A stretch of 39,089 bases of DNA from Diploschistes diacapsis (GCA_023645945.1 JALAIB010000055.1:1-39089), one strand, 5' to 3'. Shown: positions 14,901-29,003, numbered from the stretch's first letter. Made by a program: numbers and translations. Notes: generated by a model from the sequence alone, not told the origin.

Positions 14901-17900
14901 CACCGTCACAGACGCCAATTTGTTCTCACCTTTCGTTTTACAGCTTGGACAAACCTGCATTCAAATGGCGTTGGCGCGATTATGGATGTCTTGGGGCATC
15001 TTGCCGAGTGCCGTCCTTGGCCATAGCCTAGGAGAGTATGCTGCATTGAATATCGCTGGTGTCCTATCCGTGAGCGACACGATATTTCTTGTTGGAAGAA
15101 GAGCAGAGCTTCTCATGAGACATTGCACAGCAGGAAGCCATGCTTTGCTGGCTGTCGGCACATCGGTGACTTCCACTCGACAAGCCTTAGCTTGCGAAAA
15201 TATCGAGGTTGCTTGTATTAATGGACCTCGAGAGACTGTGATCAGCGGTGTAACAAAACAGTTGAAGTCTTATTCCAAGACTCTCACGGCAGCCGGCATC
15301 AAATCTGTTCTGTTGTCTTGCGTTTACGCTTTTCATTCGGCCCAGGTGACACCTATTTTGGATTCGCTGAAAGAGCTAAGCGGCTCCATAACTTTCGACA
15401 ATGCGGCAATTCCTGTCATCTCTCCCCTGCTTCAAGAAGTAGTGACTGACGCAACCACTTTTGGTCCGGAGTATTTTGCTCGCCACGCTCGAGAAACCGT
15501 CAATTTTCTGGGCGGAATTTCTGCTGCAAGACAGCAGGGACTAGTTGACCAAAGCACAATCTGGGTTGAGATCGGTCCGGCGCCCATCTGCAGTAGCTTT
15601 ATCAAATCCAGCCTTGGAACTGAGTCGGTGGCTATACCTGCCCTTCGCAAGAAGGAAGACCCTTGGAGAACGACGGCATTGGGACTTGGTGTTCTACACT
15701 GCAAGGGGTTGCCCATCGATTGGGATGAAGTTCATAGTGAATATGAATCTTCCCATACAGTCCTTGCCCTTCCAAGCTATGCATTCGAAAACAAGAACTA
15801 CTGGCTCGAGTATACCAACAACTGGTGTCTCAACAAAGGGAAGGTCATTGAGGCACCTGCCAAGAGAATCAGAGATTGTCACCTATCTACATCCTCTGTC
15901 CAAAAGTTGATCAAGGAGGATTACGAAGACATGATCACGTTAATGGCTGAATCAGATTTGTCTCACTCTGACCTCAATGACGCAATATCCGGGCATCTAG
16001 TGAACGGAGCAGCTCTCTGTCCATCTGTATGTGCATGCAGCTAACTCATGAAATTAGCTAACAATAATAGGGTATATATGCTGACATGGCATTAACAATA
16101 GCGGGCTATCTGCATAGAAAGGTAGAGGAAAGTACCGAGTACGTTCCCATGGACGTTCGTCATCTCGAAATCATAAAACCTTTGATCGTAAAAGGCAGTG
16201 ATGCGAAAGAGCAACAAACTGTGAGAATAACTGCCACAGCAGAGCGACCTCTCAAGCTTGTCAAGATTAGCTACAACAGCATAGGCCGGGACGGTAATGT
16301 TGGGGACTTGCATGCCTCATGTCTTATTGAATATGGACACCCAAAGTCATGGCTTGCAGAATGGTCTCGCCTTGCTTACTTGTTTCGTTCACGAATCGAT
16401 GTCTTGGCACAATGTGCTGATGTTGGCAAATACAAAAAGGTCGGTCGTGAACAGGTATACGAAGCCTTCTCTTCCTTGGTCCAGTATGATAAGAAATATC
16501 ACGGAATGAAAGAGGTCATTCTCAACAGCAAGAGCTTCGAGGCCACCTCTTTGATAGAATTTCGGGCTACTGACAGCGACGGTGACTTCGAGGCAAACCC
16601 CTACTGGATTGATAACATCACTCATCTTTCTGGGTTCGTCCTTAATGGCTCCGATGCTGTCGATTCAAAAAAACAAGTTTACATCTCTCATGGTTGGGAG
16701 TCTTTAAAGATGATCCGCCCATTATCCGCCCGCACAACTTATCGCAATTATGTCAAGATGCATCCAGGACTGAAACAAACAATGGTTGGAGACGTTTACG
16801 TCTTCGATGGAGAGGACATGATTGCTCTGGCCGGAGGTGTAAAGTTCCAAGCGATTCCACGGTCTCTTCTTAACAAGCTCCTACCTCCAATTAATGGAGC
16901 TGCCCCCCGCCCAAAAGCGCAAGCTGCGCCACCAATCAACGCTGTTTCAAACAATTCAGAGCCCGTTCAGCCCAGAATTCAGGAGGGGTTTGTTCCAGCC
17001 CTGAACGGAACGACGCATAAACCCAGCAGATCAATACCTTCTCCCCAAATTGGAGAAGCCTTTCCTATTCCCGACTTTATGGGCATCATCTCCGAAGAGT
17101 TAGGAGTGGAACTGTTCGAACTCCACGACGGAGCTGTGTTTACTGACGTTGGTCTGGACTCACTTATGTCGCTCGCAATTACTGGGCGAATGCGTGAAGA
17201 GCTTGAGATAGATGTCCCCGCAACCTTGTTTGTGGATAATACCACCGTTGGTGCGGCAAAAGCCGCAATGTTAGCCATTGATGGTGGTGATTCGAGTGGA
17301 AGCTCGTTATTCAGCAGTGTGGCAACAACAGATGTGACGAGTGGAGGTGAGATTACTCAGAGCAGCTCGGTTGGAAGTTCCCTGGCTACACACTCCATTC
17401 AAATTACTGTAGAGAAACTTCTGGACATCATCTCTGAAGAGCTGGGCGTCGGACAGGCCGAACTTCTGGAAATGAGAAGCTTCGCCGATATGGGTGTTGA
17501 TTCACTCATGTCACTTGTTATTTCCGGAAGAGTTCGTGAGGAACTTGACTTGGACATTCCTGCAACCTTCTTCGTCGACTACCCTAATATCAAGGAGGCG
17601 AAAACGGCAATTTCGGCTCTCCTGGGCACCAACCTTAGTGCAGGTACTGAACCACATAGCTACACCGAGAACATCACTCCAGGTGAAAATGGCACGACAC
17701 CGAGCACGCCGAATTTGGACGAGAAACGCTTGACAAGTTTGATTACAGAAATGCGAGCAAACAGCGACGCACTCACCCCGGCTTCATCAATCCTGCTGTC
17801 AGGCAGGCCTAAAACTGCATCCAAAACTTTGTTCCTCTTCCCTGACGGTTCAGGGTCAGCAACCTCTTATGCTTTGCTTCCCAGCATCTCACCGGATGTC

Positions 17901-18612
17901 TGCGTTTATGGTCTGAATTGCCCTTTTATGAAGACTCCTGCAGACTATACAAATGGCATTGAGAGTGTCTCGGGACAGTATCTTGCTGAGATTAAGAGGC
18001 GGCAGCCCGAAGGTCCTTATTATCTTGGAGGGTGGTCTGCTGGCGGCGTGCTTGCATATCAAGTTGCGTATAATTTACTAGAGATGGGCGAAAAGACCGA
18101 ACGCCTCTTTTTGATTGACTCACCATGCCCTATTAATTTGGAACCGCTACCGTCTTCCCTGCTTCAGTTCGTCGACTCCATGGGACTACTGGCCACTCAA
18201 ACCTCACTGCCTGACTGGTTGATTCCACATTTTGAGGCTTCGATTGCCAACCTTGCGGCCTATTCGCCATGTCGAATGGATCCACTTGAAGCACCTCAAA
18301 CTCTGATAATCTGGGCCCGCGATGGACTCTGCAAACATCCAAAAGATCAGAGATTTCCAAGATCCACCAAGGAGGCGAAGAGTGTGAAGTTTTTGCTCGA
18401 TAATCGACTTGACCTCGGACCTAACGGATGGGAAAAGCTTTTGGGAGACGAGAACATCATCGCTATGCCCGTTCAGGGCAATCATTTCACAATGATAAGA
18501 GAACCATATGTAAGTGTCTACTTCCATAAGTTCACAACTGGTAAACTCTAACGCTTCGCTGTAGGTAAAACAGGTGGCGGCTTTGTTGCGACGCGGCCTC
18601 GAGGTGCGGTAA
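11915..18612 (+). CDS. terA: Non-reducing iterative type I PKS, SAT-KS-AT-PT-ACP-ACP-TE (TerA-like)
   Basis: SAT VFLFGDE..GLCTG; KS DTACSSS, EMHGTGTQAGD, KANIGHGE; AT FTGQG, GHSLGE, YAFHS; PT GHLVNG..CPS; two ACPs GLDSL and GVDSL; TE LFLFPDGSGSA, GWSAGG, GNHF. The last short exon 18565-18612 ends in TAA. No CMeT or R domain. Symbol is by architecture and neighbourhood. Confidence 0.95.
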
Positions 18613-19178
18613 TTTGGCAGAGCCAGCTCCGGGGCTAGGACAGTGAATAGGCTTTCATCGTTCGGCGATTTGAAGTGCGCACTATAGACTACTTCGAAAC
18701 TTGTTCATAGACGACGCATCTCTTCATGCTCTCTTTGCTCTTTCTGTATTTCTCCTGCAGCGGATGAGAGAGTATTACAGCGACTCTTTTCGCTTCAGTC
18801 ATGCTATACCACTATCGCATTCAAGATCATCCAGTCCTCGCGCAAGCTGATGTGCCTGAGCCCCTGTGATAAGGCTTTGCTACAAGAAGAAGCCTCTACG
18901 TCAGATATCACAGGCTACATGAGTTATTGTCTACTCAATAAGCATTAAATCACAATTTTACTCGACAATCATCTTCAGCTTCCCTTTCTTTAACCCACGA
19001 CTTTGGCCCTGTTGTGGCTCTGGCAGGATAATCAAATATTTTCATTATCTATATACTTTCACGAAGCCCGAAACATGTAACAAACGTGTATATGGTAAAA
19101 ACCGCCCAAACTTTCAAGGTAATAGCTATATAAGAGGCAACATTGTACATTCCATTCAAACGAAACTTTCTATCGAAT

Positions 19179-20539
19179 TCAAGCCTTACAGTCGTAATAT
19201 TGGGTGAAATCATGACAAATAGCGTACGCGCTCTGCCAAAGGTTAATACGATAAGATTACAAAAGAGAGAGACGGTCAGGTACATTGTGCATCTTCTCTT
19301 GGATTTCTGGACTGTTCCTTGCAGCAGCGAGCATAGAAAGAAAGGGGTCCTTCTCTAGCGCGGTGTCCGGATCCAAATCAGTGACCCGACGGAAATTCTT
19401 AGTGGTGACAGGATCAATAACAGTTTGAAAGATAGATCTTCGCACTTCATCGTATTTGTCCAGGATACTCTGATTTGCTTTACCATTTGCAATACCTTCG
19501 AAACAGTCCATCAGACCCGTTACATCAGCGAATCCTCCTGACAGGCCAAGGCCGCCCCAAGGATTGCAGAGATGTGCAGCATCTCCTGCTAGACAGATGC
19601 GACCAACCCGGAATTTCTCAGCACATCTCTGATGCAGCCTGTATGGGTTGATGTTTGTAATCGTATAGTCTCCAGGCTTTGGCCGACCGGGGAGTATCTT
19701 CTCGAAATGGGCTGGCTGGTTGTCGAGGACTTCCTGGAGTGTCATATCCTTGTCTTCTTGATATGCGACTCGCCATTTCCCGTTCATCGTAAGGCGAGCG
19801 ACAAGGTGCCCCTCGTGTGGGTCTATGAAGGTGTTCACATCATCATAGCCATAGTTGTCGAATGGGTAGTAAACCTAACAATTTTCAGCCGGATGTCACA
19901 TTCTTCTTTCCATACTCACATCTGTCGCCACAAATTGAACGTCCCATGTCATCCCTGGAAAGTTCTTCTCTCCGAATAGTGATTTCCTCACTTGACTAGT
20001 TCCTCCGTCGCAGCCGCATAGAAAGTCTCCACTGATTCTCTTTTCCGTCCCGTCCTCATCCCTAACAGTAGCCCATGCCGAATCTTGGTCCTGACCGACA
20101 TCTACGACAGGAGAGTGCCATTTCACAGAGATCTTGTCGTTCCTTTCCGCGTGGGGCAACAATATCTGACAGAATCTACCTACAGACAGTGCAATCGTAG
20201 CTTCAGGGCTCTGTGACGCTGCAAGGTATTCCAGTTTCACGATAGGTGTGCCGTCAAGCTTCCGGAACGCTAAATTTTTGGGGTTGAAGCCAGCGCTTCG
20301 AACCTCGTCCAGCACGCCAGCACGCTCGCAGGCTTGGATTCCAGGGACCGTCAGGTGGCAAGCCCGTGGACGGGCATCTATAGTCCGTTCTTTATCTATT
20401 ATAGTTACGTCTATTCCTGCCCGAGCGAGTCCTAAGCTCAAAGACAGGCCGCAAGGACCAGCTCCTACAATAATTACCTGATGAAGACTCTCAGCACGAG
20501 GAACAGGCTGAAGAAGTGAGGATCATAGCTTACATGCAT
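19179..20539 (-). CDS. FAD-dependent aromatic monooxygenase (FAD_binding_3 family; TerC-like)
   Basis: 6-nt first exon ATG CAT (20539-20534), then [56 protein letters not shown]; last exon [17 protein letters not shown] (TGA 19179-19181). Confidence 0.9.
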
Positions 20540-21051
20540 GACTATAATTCCGAATTGAGCGATTGGATTATGAAGACGAAAGAGTAACTCACAGGATACG
20601 CTGCAAGAGAACACCGGGGTCAAGCGGATGCGTCCTGAGGGTTGAGCTTCCTATACGAAGCAGCTTACCTTGTTCGGATCATGGCTTTGGTAAGCGTAAT
20701 TGAAAGGATCAGCTTCACCGAGCCGCAAAGTTTTTTCCACTCGCCATAGCTCTCATTTGATTGAAGATTATCAAAACACATTAAAGAAGGCGTCGTCCGA
20801 AGAGTGCCCAAAGCCTCAAGAGCTCGGCGAAAGAGAGCTCTGCTGACCTGCTGGAGCCTTCTGATGTGCGCACCCTTTCAACGCCTCTCAGCACAGACCT
20901 TGCTTGTCGTTGAAACTTTCGGCAATTCCACTGGACCCTATTCGAGCGATTTGAGAGCGCTGCTGACTGTATCAAGCTCGGTCTTCTGCGAGCATGTCTT
21001 TCGGATACCATAGCTGCGGTAAGGGCGAATACGCGTATAAAAGCGGAAGAT

Positions 21052-21188
21052 CCGAATAGCCGGGGTAGGGTTACCTTCGGATTGGGGATTACATAGTAAT
21101 AGCCGGAGAAGCATCTGTGAGTCTGCGCTATCAATGCTAGAATGGGAATCCACATAGAATGAATAGCGAATGCTTCGGAATAGCCGGA
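21052..21188 (+). promoter_or_regulatory. Three AATAGCCGG repeats, candidate Zn2Cys6 binding sites in the FMO/TF divergent promoter
   Basis: Exact AATAGCCGG at 21055, 21098 and 21179, plus GAATAGCG at 21161, within 135 bp. Confidence 0.5.
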
Positions 21189-21991
21189 AGATGTTAATTA
21201 ATTACACCAAACCTCGCAAGTCGGCTCCATGTGCCACCGCCAGTTCTTAACGTGCTCTTTAGCTCTGCAGCAAGCAACAGTGAAAGTTGTACTTCAAACC
21301 AGGCCTACCTGCTCGTGGCTGTTGGCTATGCATCACAAATATCAGATTGAGCTTCGATCCGCATGAGTAGCTGTAGACCTCGAAGTTCGACATTGTACTC
21401 TCCGTTGGCAGCCGCCACGGATTCTACCACACACTGTCCATGTAGCCGTTACTATAGAGACATCCGAACTACATATGTACACACAGGGAAGCTTCCGGTC
21501 CTCCACTTTTCGAATCACTTTCTTCCCCTCGTAAGAGTCCCATGAGTGCCGCATTGCTCACCAAACCAAACGAGTCGCATGTCTTCGGGCAACGGCGCCA
21601 TTATAAACGAAGCGTTGGATAGTATAGAGGTTAACGGTTAACATGTAGGACATAACTCTCTCCAAACCAAGATCTAGGATCCGATGTTGATGCTCACAGA
21701 GGAGAACATGTGTATTGTGGATATGCTCATGCCCATACTGAGGTTCCGTGGTCTGGTAAAAAAAGCGTGATTATTCAGCCATTGGGGCGTTTCTGACGAT
21801 CATGAACACTAAGTCTCTTTAAGTTAGCGCACAAAATAAGCATGCTGCGGGGGTTTATCAGCCTTATCAGCATTAACAGCCTTAACAGCTAATGCGGTGA
21901 AACGTCGTTCTGTTCTATTCAGCTCCCGTCTCCAGATCTCAGAAGACAGCTTCAATATCCTTACAACAATAGGTTGTTGAGGTCTATCAGC

Positions 21992-24206
21992 ATGTTGGAG
22001 CCAACACGCGTAGGTCCCCCGAAGAAGGGGCAATCTGTGTCGCCTATCACTAGAGTCTGTATTCACCCTTTACTGCCAGACCAATTGATGATTTATCAAC
22101 ATATATCAGGCGTGTGATATATGCCGATTGAAAAAGATACGCTGCGATATAATCCCAGGAGGCTGCGCGCAGTGCACCAGATATAAGACACCATGTCACT
22201 TTACCCCCATCAGTGCAACGCGGGCACCGAGACGATCGCGCAAGTAAGCACGGCTGTGTATAGGGACCGAATTGGCAATACCCGTGGGACTGAAAGCAAA
22301 GTGACTGACTCAACCTAGGGACAAACATGTTGAAGAGCTAGAGAACCGGCTGAAGTCAATGGAAGACTTACTAAAGCGTGTTATATCGAATCAACAAATT
22401 GGGTCAAATACTGTCAAGCTTGCAAATGATTTTGAAGGTCTCCAAGCATCACCTTGGTCTGAGCGATCGGAAGTCGCAGCCTCTGAAAGTTCGGATATAT
22501 GCTCTAGTGTCAATTTAGCTTCTACAATGGCCTCAGACTTTGGTTCACCCTTGTCTGAAGGTAAGACGAACGTGCTAGGCATCCTATTGATCTGATAGTC
22601 TCCAGCGTTCCCCGTTCCGGACACCAGTGGTCAAGGAGAGATTCCGCCTCATGCTCTCAACTTCGATACAAATGAATCCATACGTCAGGCTGCCAAGACC
22701 CTTCCGCCGAAAGACAGAATGTTGGGTCTTGTGGAGAAGTCATTCCAAGGTTTCTACACTGCGTACCCGCTATTCAACAAAGCACGCTTCATATCCTTGC
22801 TTGACTCAATAGGCATCGGTGTTTATGATCCAGGTCGATGGGCATGCTTAAATATTGTGTTGGCTCTTGCATCGCAGTTTCAGTATGGACCGGTTCAAGA
22901 CGTAAAAGAGGACGCTGAAAGTTGGAACTACTTCAAGAATGCTTATGCGGTGGTCGGTCAGCTCATGACGATGCACGTGACCCTGTGGTCTCTGCAGGCG
23001 CTGCTTGGAATGGCAATCGTGATACAAGGCACGCCTGTTCAAGGCCCTGTTTCTTTGTTGATCTCCGCAGCGATTAAACTAGCACATAGAATGGGCTTGC
23101 ATCAACGATGCCTAGACCCAAGCCTTAGCCCTGCCGAAATCGAAGAACGGAAAGTGGTCTTTTGGATTGCGTATTCATTTGACAAAGATCTCAGCTTACA
23201 AATGGGACAGCCCTCGACCCAGGATGACGATGATATGGACGTGGATTTTCCATCCGAAATTGATGCTAGCTCGATTCATCCCGACGAATCGGCTAGTATA
23301 AAGCTCTTGAACTTCAGAGCTAGATTAGCAGTAATTCAGGGACAAATATATAAGCGACTCTACTCTATGAAAGCCATCAAACAGCCCGTTGTGGAGCGCG
23401 TAGCAGCGGCAAGAGAGCTCGAAGGCATGCTTCACTCATGGAGAGCCAATGTTCCTGCTGAGTGCCTGCGAGATTATCCTGGATCAGTCCTTCAGGTGCC
23501 CGCTTCAAGTACCCTTCGCCACCCTATCATCCTACAGCTGTTGTATTTCGACACCCTCTACATTCTCTACGATGCTTTACCTGCACTGCCACGATATCGC
23601 GGGCTCCACGGAACAGGGTACCCAATGGAGTTTGAGCTGCTGTCAGCTCCGTTGATATATGCAACTGAGGCCAGAAAGGCGATAAAATTACTTCACGTCA
23701 CTCCTCGAAAGAAGTACGCCTGCGTCTGGTAAGACAGCCGTGACCCCACTTCCGTAAAACAAAATGCTAACAGTTTCAGGGCCGTGCTCCATGTCTTCGT
23801 AGCAGCCGCAATGACTTTGCTTAGGAACATTGTTTGCGATCCATCGGGGCCCATGGCGCCATCAGACCTCAAGCTCGTTGAGCCGTTGCTCGTGCTGCTC
23901 GAAATGCTGATCAAAAGCCCCAAGGGCAGCAGGAACAAACGGATCAGCAACATGCACCAATCTTGCATGGAACTGTTCGAGAAGGCGAGCAAGGCCGTCC
24001 AGGGCATCTGTCTTGCGGACATGGACTGGGATCAGTGTCCAGCGAGCGGACTATCGATAGAGCGGGAGAGCACGGAGGATCTTCTCTGGAGAATGGAAAT
24101 CATCGGCTCAGGACACAGCATGGAGATAGACTCAATTCCTGCCGGTGCCTCGCGCGACTTTGCCTCATCTATTGAACAGCAAGTTTTGGAGTCAAGGTCT
24201 CTGTAG
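21992..24206 (+). CDS. Zn2Cys6 transcription factor with fungal-specific TF domain (likely pathway activator)
   Basis: Exon at 22110 encodes ACDICRLKKIRCDIIPGGCAQCTRYKTPC (missed by the ORF track); coiled coil HVEELENRLKSME; Fungal_trans motif LAHRMGLH..EERKVVFWIAYSFDKDLSLQMGQP. Start codon 21992 is inferred. Confidence 0.9.
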
Positions 24207-25712
24207 GATTGTTGAGACCTGCATTGTCGAGGACCGGCGTGGAATGGTTACTGAACGCAGGCGATCCCTGAGACGACTCGACCTAGTTTCGTGCAACACA
24301 CCTTAGGCACGTGAAGCAAGAACGTGTGGGACGCAGGCAAGGAGGTAACACAAAGGCGCAACGGGAACACAGGAGGTTAGGATCAGTCAGCTATATCATG
24401 CTGGAACGGCGCAAGGGTAGAGCAAGCTGAAGGTGGACGGGCTGCGGAGTTGCTGATCGCAGATCTCAGAAACAGCGAAGGTCTAACGCCATTTTTTCTG
24501 ATACCTTTCAACATCAGCGAACGACTAAGATATACCATAAAACAAGCCGAGACAAGCCCCCCTGAGTCTTCTAGTCGTGTACAGTAGGAAGGAGATTACT
24601 ATATAGAGTAAAGAGAAGCAGCGGCCGTGCAGACTCAGACTGCAAATATCCTTGCCATATTGTCCAGGACCTGCCTGATGAAGGTCATTACAGTAACGAC
24701 AAAACTATATGCGACCTAGTCAGTCGGGACTGTGGAAAAGCTGTGCAATGTCCATTGCTTTCTGCCCCCTCAAAAACGACATGAAATGTTGGTTATCTAA
24801 ATCTCGAAGCCGTCCAGCCTTCATCCGGCCATAGCCAGCCTCCCAAGTCCTATCCTTGCAACATTCACCCAACCATGGCTAGCCAATCCTGCTAGCCGGC
24901 CTTGTCGCGCACATACGGACGCCCTCATATGCGCGTAGAAGGCATGCATTCTTGTTGGCCGCTACCCGCGGACGCTCCTGTCACGAGCTATCCTGTTTCT
25001 CACGCGCGGCGGAGAGCGTGAAGCCTAAAGCTTCTTTCTTTCGAACCCGGACAACAGGATGGAGTTAAGGCCTGTCGCCCCGTGGCGCAGTCGAATGCTA
25101 CTCCCCCCGTGCAGAGCCAGAACGCCCGTGGCTGTTTTTCTTGGTCTTCCTTTCCCATCCTCCTCCTCCTCTTGTTTTTCTTTTTCTTCTTTTTCTTCAC
25201 GCCCCATCTCCCACCACTGCGCTCGCTTCGTTATGACCTACTAAGCCGCCGTGGTGCCACTGTCCAAGCTTGCGCTCGCTCTTCGTTCCCAGCAAAAGAA
25301 GCGCTTCTGACGGGCGCGTCTGAGCGGCTATGATCTTCATAAACGGCGCGAGCGTGGGAGGCTTCATGTAAAAAATTTCTCGTACATATCCGTGGCCATA
25401 CTTTCCTTTCGTGGGCTGTAGCCCCCTGGCGGGCTGATGCTAACCAACAGATCCTGCGGTTCGCGCTGTATCGGCATCGGGCATAGGCTCCATCGGGGAA
25501 AAACGAACTCTTGGTCCATTCCTCCAAGTTTTGTCGCTACCGGACGATAGCGCCGCGCCCATTGGGTTTCGGCAATACAGGCAGGAATACAGAAAGCGTA
25601 ATTCTCGCTTGCAGACCTCGCAGCAGGCGCCAGGGCTCTACTCATGGGAGTGGTCTTGGTTTATGTCTATCATACAGCTTGTTAATCCTCAGGTTTGTCC
25701 CACTACCGTAAG

Positions 25713-28336
25713 TTATCCCCCTTTGATTTGCTGCGCCATGCGCGTGAGCTCCAACACATCCGCAAGTGGCACTTCGTTATCTAGATTTAGCCGGCCGTAG
25801 ATGCCGCAGCCCATGCTAAGGTACGAAATGCTGTCTTTGGGCCTCTCGCTGGTCGCCACGTCTAAGAAGGTCATGCAGATCGACACAGAGATCAGATCGA
25901 GGAGCTTGCTGCGGATTCACACTTTCAGTCACCGAGCGCCATTGCGGATCAGAAAGCATCGACTCACTTGTCAAGGATCTCCAAGCATGAGATCTGGTTT
26001 GCAACCGCCAGCACCACGTGAGCCGAGTTGACGCAGAGGTCCATGCTTTTTCGACGGCAGTCCTCCGATACCTTACCGCCCGACTGGCTGCCTGTCCAGG
26101 GGAAGTAAATTATGAAGATGGCCTCGTGGTATTGGCGGAAGAAGGACAGTGCTCGACGGCGCGTTGGATGATCGGTAAGGGCTTGGAGCACATATTGTTT
26201 ATGAATCTCCTGCAAAGGGGGCGGGAACCTGTTCCTCCAGCCACTCAACAGCCCATACGCCGTCTCCAGTCTCTCTTCTCGCTCTGCAAGCGATTGCCGC
26301 AGAGCCTGCTGCCTGTAGAGCATCTTGGCCGCAGAGCTGATGACGATGGCGTAGAGACACTGGAGCGAGAAGCAGTCTGTCTCCTTACAGGCCCCGGGAG
26401 GTGGGTGATCAATCCAATCGTGATCTAGTGCCTATTTACTACATTAAAGGAAACTTTTCTCACGAGACTTTGTGACGAGGTTCCTACTGGTGAAATTCCA
26501 CGCCCCAGAGAGTGATGAACCTCGATGGAGTACAAGTACCACAGGGCTCTCCTCGCAAGATCACGATCCTTGCTGTTTGGGTTAACCCCTTGCATGAACT
26601 CACGACTTTCGAGTTTCAGGGCCCTGGCACAGCTGACTGCACATGTTAGGAGTTCAGAGTGGATGGTCTCATCAATCTGCTCCGAGACAGTCGACTGGAT
26701 TATTGAAATTAGCGAAACTATGAGCGATCAGGCCGGTTGCACTGACCATTGCCAAAATTGTCTGGCCAGTCAGCGTGGAGCAATCGACATTGGTGAGGAG
26801 TTTAACTTACCTGCATCTTCAGAAGCGAATTGGGTGCACGCAGTACATCATCGTGGAATCGCAATGCTTTTCTCGAAAACCGATCAGCCTGCTTTCTCTC
26901 CTCTAAACACAGAAAGCGTGGCGTGGAAGCCAGATGAGCCTGATATCCAAAGGCCATGGCGGAGTCGATCAGTGATGTCAACAATGAGCTGGCTTGGGGC
27001 CGACTTCGGGCCTCTTTGACAAGGCTATCAAAATACAAGATGGTCAAGAAGTTTGAGATGCTACTTTTCTCAGCATTTAGTTTAACAGAATTGAGGATCG
27101 ATCTAAAATACCCTACTGGCCGCTCAAAGCATGCTACCCAAGGTCAATAAAGGTTGACTAGCTTGAAGATCGTGGTATCGCAACTACAAGACGTACCTGC
27201 TCTACAGCTTTCCATAAGGGCTCCGTTGTTCCAGTACCAGTTGGCGTAGCCATCGTGCACTGCCTCATCGGCAACATCTACCTTCGACAGCTGAGCCTGG
27301 GCTTGTGAGATTCTTTGGAAGATTTGATCTATTTCTTCTTGTTGAATGCTGCTCAGTTTGTCGAGCTCTCGATCCCAGGCGGAGAATATAGCCTTGAAAG
27401 AATAATTCATACTAGCTACTGGATCTATGTGGAGAGCTCATCAACGGCCATCTTCTCCAGTTCGAGCTCAGGTGTCTTACTTAGGTTCTCTATCAGCTCT
27501 CCTGCGCACGCTGCAGGATCGAAACCTTGAGGCGGTCGATTGCAGAGGTAAGTTATGTCTAGCTCACTCAATGCCGCAGAGCTTGTACAGGCGGATGTAC
27601 CCGGAGGCTCGGCCGTAAGAGGGACATCATGACCGAATTGCCAGTCGGCGTCAGTCATGAAAGGCGGCCAAGAGAAATGATTGGAGTCTGGCATGTTACT
27701 TATGCCAGTCGATGGGTGGGATGGTAAATTTTGAGCACTGTACGGTTCTGCGTCGATGTTCCACAGGATATCATCAGGCAAGGTCCCTACGGTGCATTGA
27801 TCATCCCCAACAGGGTTAGCTTGCGAAGTATGATGAGGTCCGTGGTTCAAAGAGTTCACTGTCCTGCTTGGATGGAGGCCCAGTGCTGGCGACAGTTGGG
27901 CGCCGTTGGCCGCTGTGACAAGCGTATCCACTATAATGCCGGGCTCGTCAAGCTGCGATCGGCTGTTCCTAGATTTCTCTAATGAGGCTGATTCTACGGA
28001 TTTCTTGGAGGCCTGTCGCTTCTGGGGAAGCCTGTAGTGGCATTCTTGTCTGTGCTTCTGGGCCAGTCGCGTTAGCCAAAGAGCCCCCTTCCAAGGAGTT
28101 CCTACACACCTGACAATTTGCACACGGCGTGGTACCATCGCCTGCGTTGTTTCAAATGTCAACTGATCGGCTTGCTGCAGCTGGCGGCTAGGTCACTTAC
28201 AACGAACCTTCTTCAACTTGCACATATCACACGCTCCTCGCCTGCGGGGCTTCCATCTTGTGTTAGAGATAGACTGTGGAGAGTGAGGCTCTGTCGGTGT
28301 GGTGGACGCCGTTTGCGTCGGCGTCGATGTTGGCAT
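25713..28336 (-). CDS. Second Zn2Cys6 transcription factor, many exons
   Basis: Spliced CDMCKLKKVRC|DGTTPCANCQ|KHRQEC; middle region ARALKLE..RRALWYLYSIE; YHEAIFIIYFPW. A continuous frame can be assembled with canonical introns to TAA 25713-25715. Confidence 0.85.
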
Positions 28337-28895
28337 AGTCCCATCGCACATATCGCTGAAGTTTAGGAGGCAGCCTCATCCGTGAAGATGACCAGCTTGT
28401 TGTAGGCTTTTTCTCACTCTCCACCAGAAAATACGGTCTGCGTAGAGTTTGTGGATGGGCGGCTATAAATGAGAGCCTGAAATGGGCAGGGTGAGATTGA
28501 TTGCGGCTGATGCCTGCAAGGGAGCTTTTTGTCCTTGGGTGGCTGCTGTAGTGGTGGGGTAGGATGCGGCGGCAGCAGAAGGGGCAGGGAGGAACAAGAC
28601 GTAGCATCGGAGCGTGGCACCACCGGCACAGGAATGTCGAATCATAATGTTGATAAGATAAGCCCGTGTAGAGGTAAGATTTTCGGTTCCATCCGCATCC
28701 TCTGTTATAACTTGTTAGCCTCAGAAGAATAATCATGTTTTAGCAGTAAACCGTGGGGGCAGCTTTGGGCTGGCTGTCACATCATATTACCACATTATCA
28801 CTAGTCTATCGTACAGCAGCAAACGTTGTTTCAGTCTCAAAACTGCGTCACGGTTTCTAAGGCTGAGAAGTAATCCATAAAGGGTTAGATCTTTT

Positions 28896-29003
28896 ATTCC
28901 TAAGCGAAGCGCAGGAACTTATATTTAAGGTCTTTATTTTCACGGACTCAAAGACTCAAGGACTCACAGACTCAGACTCACAGACTCACAGACTCACAGA
29001 CAG
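28896..29003 (+). repeat. Hairpin motif followed by a (GACTCACA)n minisatellite; possible non-autonomous element relic
   Basis: ATTCCTAAGCGAAGCGCAGGA at 28896-28916 (exact reverse complement at 37962-37982) and about 7 GACTCA(CA) units at 28945-29003. Confidence 0.6.

Noticed and set aside
25000..25333. Lys/Glu-rich and Phe/Ser-rich short ORFs
   Set aside because: They arise from a low-complexity pyrimidine tract at about 25135-25200.
25440..25700. Possible plus-strand exon relic (CTAAC..CAG acceptor, open frame to CAG|GTTTGT)
   Set aside because: No start, no recognisable family, and it runs into the 3' end of TF2; too weak to call.
25713..28336. Second TF as a pseudogene because of fragmented ORFs
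   Set aside because: Canonical introns, e.g. GTAAGA..ACATAG at 27480-27425, restore one continuous frame.
28945..29003. GACTCACA repeats as CRISPR-like array or AP-1 sites
   Set aside because: No spacers and a eukaryotic context; the units lack the leading T of TGACTCA. Treated as a minisatellite.
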